Shown: positions 57,001-64,000 of the stretch, in pieces
Layout: every line of letters starts with the position of its first letter
Position numbering within the stretch: the stretch's first letter is position 1
DNA from: an uncultured bacterium
GTDB taxonomy: Bacteria > Patescibacteriota > Saccharimonadia > Saccharimonadales > UBA4665
Reading direction: 5' to 3'
Length of the DNA: 64,000 bases
NCBI GenBank assembly: GCA_963701245.1
Contig: OY969576.1
Coordinates: 208,456 to 272,455 of the forward strand
Program-made: the position numbers and the translations under genes
The notes under the pieces: model-generated
Told to the model about the DNA's origin: nothing
The model's database searches: none
What the model saw: the letters and a program-made list of their open reading frames with translations, nothing else

Positions 57001-57825
57001 TTATTTTAGGAGCGTAATAAATGGCAGCGAACCGTCAGTGTGCATTGAGTCACCTCCGCCATTACGACTGTGGTAGCTAGAGGTAAAGTGCGTAATAGTC
57101 TTAATGTCTTCATGTACCTTTGCCTCTCGAAGTGTTTTGACAACAAAATCTCGCTCCACATCTACATCGGCATCAATTTTGTGAGTAATTTGACCAGTAA
57201 ATAACGACAGACTGACATGTTCGTCATAGGTAGCAGCGGCCAGCCAATCGGCCTGGTAACCACCAGGGAGCCACCAATGTGCCGGCGTTCGCCAAAAACG
57301 GACATGATGTCGTTTCCGTGGATTACCGCCGACGTCACGCTCAAAGGCAAAATTTTGGCGAGTATTAAACAAAAACAGACTACTGACTGGTGCTTCGGTG
57401 TATTTTTTTCCGAATACCGCGGCGTAAACCATTTTCAGCGATGAACCAAGACCTAGCACATCAGCTTGTACCCAACCAGCTTTGATCATGGCGTTTTTGA
57501 GTGACTGCTCGTTACCGATGAAAGCTAGGTTAATCGGGTCGCCGAGTAGCCCATCACTGGCTTGGGTACGACCAATGAAATAGTTCGGGATAAATAATTT
57601 GGAAATAAAACGGTAGACTCTTGGTAAGACAATGTAGGCACTGAATAACCATAGTACTATAAAGGCAATAAAGTGAGATTTTCCGGTAATTATGTCGCGT
57701 AGAAAATAGTAGTAAACACCGACGGCTAATGTTGATAGTACGAGTACGATAATAAAGCGGACGACGTGGTTAAAGGCGTTGGTTAACCACGAACCTCTTC
57801 TCTGTTTGTCTTCAGGAGCTGACAT
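57001..57825 (-). CDS. LssY C-terminal-domain membrane protein
   Basis: Two N-terminal TM helices, then GDPINLAFIGNEQSLKNAMIKAGWVQAD and HHVRFW motifs. Confidence 0.6.
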   Translation of the reverse strand: MSAPEDKQRRGSWLTNAFNHVVRFIIVLVLSTLAVGVYYYFLRDIITGKSHFIAFIVLWLFSAYIVLPRVYRFISKLFIPNYFIGRTQASDGLLGDPINLAFIGNEQSLKNAMIKAGWVQADVLGLGSSLKMVYAAVFGKKYTEAPVSSLFLFNTRQNFAFERDVGGNPRKRHHVRFWRTPAHWWLPGGYQADWLAAATYDEHVSLSLFTGQITHKIDADVDVERDFVVKTLREAKVHEDIKTITHFTSSYHSRNGGGDSMHTDGSLPFITLLK

Positions 57826-57882
57826 CGCAGTTTTAGCATAGCAAATGCTCCCCGGAATGTTTACTGAAACGTTCTCAATAGT

Positions 57883-58419
57883 CTAGTGGACAACAATTAA
57901 ATTATTAAAGAAATTCGTCCAATCGGGCTCAGAAATATTATGCTTCGGCCGAACAAAAACCAACGTACCATTACTGTTTAGAACGGCTGTTTGCTCGCCG
58001 TGAAGCTCAGTTGGTTTAGTTAATGCGACAGTACCAAGATTTGATTGCACCTGATTATATTCGTTCAGCTTATTAAGTAACGTCGGGTAATACTGAGGTA
58101 TATTGGTGAAAATTTGAGGTGATTGTTGTTCGCTCATTGACATGGAGTTGCTTGCGGAATTGGCCACGATCGTCAGGATGCCTGTTTGATCATTATAGGT
58201 CACTGAATTTTTTGGGACTGTCCAAGGAGATTGTTTGGTATTCGGTGCATAGATTTGAAAGGCAATGTGTTGTTGTAAAGTTTGCGGAATTATCGAATTA
58301 TTGCGAGAGCTCACAAAGAAGATGATGAAAAAAGTTATAGTACTACCAAATATAACCAATATGCTTCCGCCAAAAATTAGCTGTGTTCTGGTAAAAGTCC
58401 GATACGTGATTCGTTTCAA
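57883..58419 (-). CDS. Hypothetical single-pass membrane protein
   Basis: ORF track gives 57883..58485, which overlaps the upstream gene. A TTG at 58419, just after that gene's stop, is the more likely start. Confidence 0.45.
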   Translation of the reverse strand: MKRITYRTFTRTQLIFGGSILVIFGSTITFFIIFFVSSRNNSIIPQTLQQHIAFQIYAPNTKQSPWTVPKNSVTYNDQTGILTIVANSASNSMSMSEQQSPQIFTNIPQYYPTLLNKLNEYNQVQSNLGTVALTKPTELHGEQTAVLNSNGTLVFVRPKHNISEPDWTNFFNNLIVVH

Positions 58420-58421
58420 GT

Positions 58422-61400
58422 TTACTCGAAACCTATATCTATATTTAGGAATATCGATCCGACGCACGTCGCCGCAGAGGTACAAGCTCCACCACTGTTT
58501 GCTGTACTCATTGCCTGACCCAAGTTGGCATAAGCAGTACCTACGCCGGCGTTGGCTGCCTCGGTTTGTCCGGCGGCACCATCTTCTTCAACCGTATCTC
58601 CAATGGTTACAGTAGCACCGGAAAGCGACTGAACTTCACCAGGTCCGCTATTTGCAATAATCACATTTGGTGCACCACCGGATGACGCTGCTCCAGTAGA
58701 GGCGATGATGGTACCGGCTAACTTAATACCAGTGGCTGTCGGGACTTCTACTTCCCCGGCTGTGCCGTTCAGTTCTGCGGCGCTGGAAAGCGACATTGCT
58801 GCAGCGGATAGTGCAAAAGTCTTCACCGTTTCTACATATGTCCTGGTATCGTAAATCATACCAGCAGTAACAAAGCTACCGTTCGCACTGGTACCGTTAA
58901 CGATGGTTGCCAGACATAGCACGGGAGCTCCTGCATTCCACGTTGGTTCAATTGTGGCGGAGGTCAGCGACGTTGAAGCGGCGTTGCCTGCTCCAACCAG
59001 TGCCAAGGTATTTGATGCGGCTCCAGCATTCGTTGCAAAACATAAGTTCGAATAACGGTCGGTAGTGGTGAGGCCGGTAAGACTTACGGTTTGGGCTCCG
59101 GAATAGCCTGGCACCGTCGTTCCGACCATGACTTCTCGACCACCTGAATAGGCGATACAGGGTTGGACTGTGACGGAGTTTGCAGATGCCCATGATACTT
59201 TACAGGGACCAGAAACACTGGCGGTCGACGTTGCCGCTAAATCACCGGCATTGCCGGCGCCACCTGATGTACTGACTATACCAAAGGCGAGCAAACCAAG
59301 TGCTGATGATGAGGCTAAATCTGTCCAACTGCCATCTATACAAGCGCGGATGGTGTTGCTGGACGTATTAAAGTAAATTGATCCCTGATTGAATGTTGCC
59401 GAGCAGGTCTCTGTTTCGGTGTAGGTGTCAACTGAATCAAGCTGCAATAAGCTGGTGTTGGTTGTATTAGTGGATGTGTTTGTTCCGATTATGACATTGC
59501 CATTTAGCGTATCAACATCAAGTATGGTTGTCCCTGAAGCATTTTGGACCTGGAATGCGGTAGTAGAATTAGTAGTGTTTTGATATGCAACTTCGCTAGC
59601 CGTGTCCACCCCATTTGTCTGATAGCTGCCAAGCTGATAATTCGTGAGAGAGCTGGTCGTAATCTGTGGATCGCTGATGTAGAGCGTCTGACTGGCACTT
59701 GCAGTAGATTCAATTGTGACAATAGTAGTTGCCGTCGTAGGGGTAGTAGTACAAGAGAAATAAGTAAAGCCCGTACTGCTGATTGATGTGTAGTTTGGTG
59801 TGCAAGTTCCACCGGTACCGTTGAAAGCAACGGTCAGTCCTGTGATCGTAGCACTGCCCATTGCATAAAAACCAAATTTATAGGTGGTACTACCAGCTAA
59901 TGAGCTGCCGGCAAGACCAGCGGCAGCTATTTCAATTCCGCTGGTACCCGATGCTGCAAGCGTATCATCAATGCTGTCAATTCCGTAGTTGGATGGATAG
60001 ACATCGGTTTGGTTGGTGACCTGCGTCAAGGCGGTGGCGGCTCCTTCTACTGCCCAACCAGTCGTGCCACCAGTAAAGGTGTAATTCGTGACATCGTTCG
60101 TTTGGCTGATAAGGTTGGTGCCTTGGACAAAAACCGCTTGTCCGGCAGCATTTTGGATCCGAAAGGCGGTTGCTGAGTTTCCGGCATCCTGAACTATGAC
60201 ACCACCAGAGCTACCCGAAGTACCAGCTCCCGCTCCTGCTGATCCACCGGAAAGTGTAATGCTGCCACCATTGCCGTTGGTTGAACCAGCGACAGCGTTA
60301 CCACCGTTGCCTGCAGTAATAACAACACTACTACCGTTGCCAGCTGCAAAACCAGATCCGGTAGTTGCTCCCCCATCGCCCCCATTGACGTAAAAAGCTT
60401 GAGCGTTGCTTACGCCAGCAATGGTTGAAGAAGGTTCGTTCGCTTGTGTGACGGAAACACCACCTCCTGCGGCAACACTTAAGTTGATCGCGGCGTTGCC
60501 GTTTGCACCCGCTTGGACTGTCGTTTGAGATGTGGAATCTAAGGAGCCGACGGTGACATTTGAAATTCCGGATGCATTGGTGTTGTTGCCGACATTGATA
60601 GTATCGGTGATGGCGCTGTTAGTGGCACCGATTTGAATGGTCTTATTATTGGCATTTATGCCGATATTCACGTTTCCGGTTGAGCCTGAATCTAGCGTTA
60701 GGGCATTTCCAGTACCGAGTGAACTAATAGACACCGTCCCGGCGTTGGCGGCAGTTGAGGTGACCTGAATAAAATTACCAGCAGTGGCACCGTCGACATC
60801 AAAAATGTCATGGCTTGGCGAAGCGGCAGCGGTTTGCTGAACGACAAGCCCGGCGACATCAGTCAGTGGTTGTATGGTATTGGTGGTGGTCCAGGTATTG
60901 GCAGTTGCTAACTGTCCGAAGGCCGATGCTGCCAGTCCGCCAAGCAAGGCCGAATCTTCAGCATAGGGAGATGCTGTTAATTCAATAAATGGGTTCATGA
61001 CTCCGTCACCAGTACAGTTAGAGGTAAAATTTCCAGCTGGCGCACAACTGGCGCCCTCAGTGTTACTAATTTGCATGGACAAATAGAGTGGACTGGTGTC
61101 CCAAGGTACACTGCCACCAAAAGCGGTGATCGAACCTAAGTTCACTTGAAATGTACCACTGGTGAAGGTCACTAATTGCGCCGCTCCGGTATAATCCTCG
61201 GTCCACACCGCACTACAACCGGTACTATTTGTCGGTTCGTTCGTACATCCGGTATAAATTTTGAATTCCATGGCGTACGTCCCGTCTGGAACGTTGACAC
61301 CAGCAGCCGTCACTACTTTGCCTTCAAAACTTATTTCCGGATTACCGGCTGCAATTGCTTGCCCGCCATATAACAAAAAAGCAGCTGCCATCGTCATCAC

Positions 61401-61460
61401 CGAGACAGCCACCACCCATGTTAAAGCGAGACTTTTCCCTCTTAAACTCATCTTTCCCAA
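58422..61460 (-). CDS. Giant secreted Gly/Thr/Ser/Ala/Asn-rich surface protein
   Basis: 1012-aa ORF with an N-terminal signal peptide (..AAFLLYGGQAIA). Low-complexity beta-rich repeats such as GNGGSITLSGGSAGAGAGTSGSSGG. Confidence 0.75.
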   Translation of the reverse strand: MGKMSLRGKSLALTWVVAVSVMTMAAAFLLYGGQAIAAGNPEISFEGKVVTAAGVNVPDGTYAMEFKIYTGCTNEPTNSTGCSAVWTEDYTGAAQLVTFTSGTFQVNLGSITAFGGSVPWDTSPLYLSMQISNTEGASCAPAGNFTSNCTGDGVMNPFIELTASPYAEDSALLGGLAASAFGQLATANTWTTTNTIQPLTDVAGLVVQQTAAASPSHDIFDVDGATAGNFIQVTSTAANAGTVSISSLGTGNALTLDSGSTGNVNIGINANNKTIQIGATNSAITDTINVGNNTNASGISNVTVGSLDSTSQTTVQAGANGNAAINLSVAAGGGVSVTQANEPSSTIAGVSNAQAFYVNGGDGGATTGSGFAAGNGSSVVITAGNGGNAVAGSTNGNGGSITLSGGSAGAGAGTSGSSGGVIVQDAGNSATAFRIQNAAGQAVFVQGTNLISQTNDVTNYTFTGGTTGWAVEGAATALTQVTNQTDVYPSNYGIDSIDDTLAASGTSGIEIAAAGLAGSSLAGSTTYKFGFYAMGSATITGLTVAFNGTGGTCTPNYTSISSTGFTYFSCTTTPTTATTIVTIESTASASQTLYISDPQITTSSLTNYQLGSYQTNGVDTASEVAYQNTTNSTTAFQVQNASGTTILDVDTLNGNVIIGTNTSTNTTNTSLLQLDSVDTYTETETCSATFNQGSIYFNTSSNTIRACIDGSWTDLASSSALGLLAFGIVSTSGGAGNAGDLAATSTASVSGPCKVSWASANSVTVQPCIAYSGGREVMVGTTVPGYSGAQTVSLTGLTTTDRYSNLCFATNAGAASNTLALVGAGNAASTSLTSATIEPTWNAGAPVLCLATIVNGTSANGSFVTAGMIYDTRTYVETVKTFALSAAAMSLSSAAELNGTAGEVEVPTATGIKLAGTIIASTGAASSGGAPNVIIANSGPGEVQSLSGATVTIGDTVEEDGAAGQTEAANAGVGTAYANLGQAMSTANSGGACTSAATCVGSIFLNIDIGFE

Positions 61461-61584
61461 TAATCGTTAGATTAACCATTACCAATTATAAGCTAATCTG
61501 ATGGTAATTCCAGTCAAATAGAGACAAAAAGTTGCAAATTTTGCAGCATCATACCGTCCTTGTGTATAACCTGCTTTATTCCAA

Positions 61585-62643
61585 TTACCTTATCTTGACT
61601 GCTTCTTCATCTTCATAGGCAACAGCAATCGTGCGCTTCTTTGGTAATTTAGCAGGAATTTGTTTGGTTTTAGGGTGCCGCTTAAACAATCGATTCGGCA
61701 GCCACTCACGGTGATACTTGGCAAGTATAAAGAGCACTAACAAAATAGCCAGTGTTGTCAAAATGTATGACTGATTAATCATTTCAAACGATTGAGTATA
61801 GGTAGTAAAGTCAGTTTGGCGATTGGTTCGGTATTTCAGTACGAGGTGGTATTGACCAGGTGGCAAATGATTTGTCGTTGGTCGCAAGTAAGTTGTAAAT
61901 AACCGCTTTGATTCGGGCAATATCAAGCTGGAATCAGTGTTTAGTTGTCCTTGAGCAACGACGGTGCCCTGATCATTGGTAATTTGAGCCAGTCCGTAGG
62001 GTATGGTTTGAGTATTTCCGGTGTTAGTGAAAACGGTATCGATCGTTGTAGGCAGCGACGCGTAAAAGTTATTGATAAGTGGGGTTGAAAGGTTTAAAGC
62101 TTCAGTGCCTGCTCCGTTGGTGCTCACAAACAATAAACTGGCACTGTCTTGATTGACGGTCACTGTAGGTCCATTGCCGGGTTCTGGATTATTAATGCTG
62201 AACAGCACTGCGCCGAAATGACCGCCACTAGCTAGTTGGTTTGCGTTACTTATTTGTATAGGCACCGCTTCACCCTGATGAGCCCCGAGCACGACTTCCG
62301 GATAGGGAAAGCTTACGTTATTGATCAGGCTATAGGGGTCATGTTTTGATTGTTTCGGCGTCAAAAAAACGATTTCTCCATGGTCGTTGAGATTAGAAAA
62401 ATCAACCGTTCTCAAATGGATGATGACGAGTGACGCGCTATTGTTGGTAACCGTAATTGTATACCCGGCTGAGGTTTGATTTTTATTGAGTGTTAACTGC
62501 TCCATATACGGCGAGATTGTGATACCGCTTTGAGGCTGATCTGCAGCCGCCGGGGTAACACTAGAAAAAGCAAGCACTATACTTCCTGCAAGAAGCATGC
62601 CATAAGTTGACACAACACTACGTCGATTATGAATAAGCCTCAT
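61585..62643 (-). CDS. Cell-surface protein, DUF916/DUF3324-like architecture
   Basis: Signal peptide, Ig-like segments (ITISPYMEQLTLNKNQTSAGYTITVTNNSASLV), then a C-terminal TM helix and basic tail. Paralogue of 62717..63781. Confidence 0.6.
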   Translation of the reverse strand: MRLIHNRRSVVSTYGMLLAGSIVLAFSSVTPAAADQPQSGITISPYMEQLTLNKNQTSAGYTITVTNNSASLVIIHLRTVDFSNLNDHGEIVFLTPKQSKHDPYSLINNVSFPYPEVVLGAHQGEAVPIQISNANQLASGGHFGAVLFSINNPEPGNGPTVTVNQDSASLLFVSTNGAGTEALNLSTPLINNFYASLPTTIDTVFTNTGNTQTIPYGLAQITNDQGTVVAQGQLNTDSSLILPESKRLFTTYLRPTTNHLPPGQYHLVLKYRTNRQTDFTTYTQSFEMINQSYILTTLAILLVLFILAKYHREWLPNRLFKRHPKTKQIPAKLPKKRTIAVAYEDEEAVKIR

Positions 62644-62716
62644 ATTTGGATCACAATTGATCTCCGCCAGTGGATATAAGCCTTATTATAATGTATTGGC
62701 TTAGACTATACTGAAA

Positions 62717-63781
62717 TTATTTTTTGATCTTGCGATAGCCAGCTTTAATCGACTTCTTAAAGTATACCCAGATGGTGATGAGTGCCGCGATGATAACGAT
62801 TACTAGAAGTATCAGTTTCCATGGAATGACCCAAAATGAAACGTAGGCATCAGTAGTTTCATTGGTTATACCGTTATTGTAGACAAGCGCGAGATGGGCA
62901 TAATATTTACCAAATCTAATTTTCGAAAATGAGCTGTTACTGTTCCACTGCAACTGTTCTATTGGTTGGCCATTGCTATTCGAAACTATCTGACCGTTAA
63001 TTCGTTTAGGCGCAAAGATTGGAAAGCCGTCTTGCCAACTTACGCTAAATTGCCTGGAAGAGTCGGGGAGTACATTACCGGCAGCACTATTGACGCCGAG
63101 GCTGGCCAGGACTTTACCGTTCATTGTTCGGCTTATAAAGACATCACCCTGCGGCGCAACATAGATGTTACCGGTATTTTTTACGGTCATGGTAAAGGTA
63201 GCCGGTAAGTATTCGTAAATGCTTTTTTGCGATGTGAAACCAGTGACGCTTAATTGCCGTTTTTCGTTTCCGGCATTAGCATTGAGAAGTATAAAGATCG
63301 CATTCGCGCCCTTAATAACATCTGTACTACTACCATGCGTCCCAGCCGTTTGTGGCTCAAATAACACCGCGTAGTAATAACCACTGGCCGCATTAGTAGG
63401 AAGGTTGATAGTAGCTACAACTGAATTCCAGACTCCAGGCTCGGCAACGAATGAAGATCTTGAGAAGCTCACCCAGTTTACAGAGTTGTCGTCTTTCGCT
63501 GGGCTGTAGATTGCCGCTTGACCAGTCTCACCATTAGCCTTGAATTTGTCGAGATGTACATTAATTGTAACCGGCTGTGGGCTATTGTTTTGAACTTGTA
63601 AGGTTGTTGATATTGACTGACCAGGTTTGGCGCTTAAATCAACGGCCACTGGCGAAGTTGTAAGGTCGGAGCCTGAAACTGAAGCGGCACTTGTGTTCGC
63701 TGGTACAACAGACCAAGCTCCTCCAATAATGGCTACAGTAACTATGGACGCAATAACCTTACGTCGGACATTTAATGACAT
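62717..63781 (-). CDS. Cell-surface protein, DUF916/DUF3324-like architecture
   Basis: Signal peptide, VAVDLSAKPGQSISTTLQVQNNSPQPVTINV, then a C-terminal TM helix and KKSIKAGYRKIKK tail. Confidence 0.6.
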   Translation of the reverse strand: MSLNVRRKVIASIVTVAIIGGAWSVVPANTSAASVSGSDLTTSPVAVDLSAKPGQSISTTLQVQNNSPQPVTINVHLDKFKANGETGQAAIYSPAKDDNSVNWVSFSRSSFVAEPGVWNSVVATINLPTNAASGYYYAVLFEPQTAGTHGSSTDVIKGANAIFILLNANAGNEKRQLSVTGFTSQKSIYEYLPATFTMTVKNTGNIYVAPQGDVFISRTMNGKVLASLGVNSAAGNVLPDSSRQFSVSWQDGFPIFAPKRINGQIVSNSNGQPIEQLQWNSNSSFSKIRFGKYYAHLALVYNNGITNETTDAYVSFWVIPWKLILLVIVIIAALITIWVYFKKSIKAGYRKIKK

Positions 63782-63800
63782 ATTGCGTTACAGTATACTA

Positions 63801-64000
63801 CTAGAAACTTCCCGCACCAACTAAGGTGATTGTGTCACTGTAATCGGTAGCTGCTGGTGTCGTTGCCCCAATAGTGGCGTATTCTTTGACGGTGACAATG
63901 GCGCCACTAGCAGTTCCAGTTGAGCTTGCCATCTGGCGTTCGTTTGAGTCGAGGCCACTACCATTTCCAGCACCTGATGAGGCATAGGCAGCTGTCGCGC
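63801..64000 (-). CDS. Hypothetical secreted protein, C-terminal part (continues beyond window)
   Basis: My own translation of the minus strand is open from 64000 to a TAG at 63801-63803: ...YASSGAGNGSGLDSNERQMASSTGTASGAIVTVKEYATIGATTPAATDYSDTITLVGAGSF*. It is too short in the window to appear in the ORF track. Confidence 0.4.
   Translation of the reverse strand, partial: ATAAYASSGAGNGSGLDSNERQMASSTGTASGAIVTVKEYATIGATTPAATDYSDTITLVGAGSF

Noticed and set aside
58948-61470. Numerous 60-108-aa ORFs on both strands inside the 1012-aa surface-protein gene.
   Set aside because: Low-complexity G/C-richer repeats generate open frames. Only the long frame has a signal peptide and continuous coding potential.

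Overview
This 64-kb window comes from a low-GC, gene-dense bacterial chromosome. The gene content suggests a reduced Patescibacteria/CPR (Saccharibacteria-like) genome: many small hypothetical proteins, DUF5674, a compact ATP synthase and an NDH-2. That taxonomic call is inference only. No rRNA genes or CRISPR array were seen.

Layout:
- 1-16.6 kb: an accessory region of about 14 short gene modules. They are separated by a repeat family whose core, CTTGGCTC(C), is the complement of the 3' end of an adjacent tRNA gene. An IS481-like element and identical IS4-superfamily copies interrupt the region.
- 16.6-17.0 kb: a tRNA-Asn(GUU) gene split by a 343-nt ORF-less group I intron, with smpB next to it.
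- 17.6-21.9 kb: envelope and cofactor genes. They include a candidate Cys-rich leader-peptide attenuator in front of a PIG-L deacetylase gene.
- 22.0-28.9 kb: a complete F1Fo ATP synthase operon (atpZ/I-B-E-F-H-A-G-D-C).
- 28.8-43 kb: mscL, an aquaporin, a UvrD-like helicase-nuclease, NDH-2, a lectin-CHAP lytic enzyme, an ArsR/SRPBCC pair and a cluster of stress/membrane proteins.
- 43.1-44.3 kb: the third IS copy.
- 44.5-57.8 kb: a 909-aa orphan protein plus an MFS transporter, an ABC exporter, a GH12-like enzyme and other transporters.
- 57.9-64 kb: a surface-structure locus with a 1012-aa Gly/Thr/Ser-rich secreted protein and two paralogous anchored proteins.

The most unusual items are the tRNA-anchored cassette-like array and the intron-containing tRNA-Asn. 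All calls come from reading the sequence and the supplied ORF translations. No database search was run.
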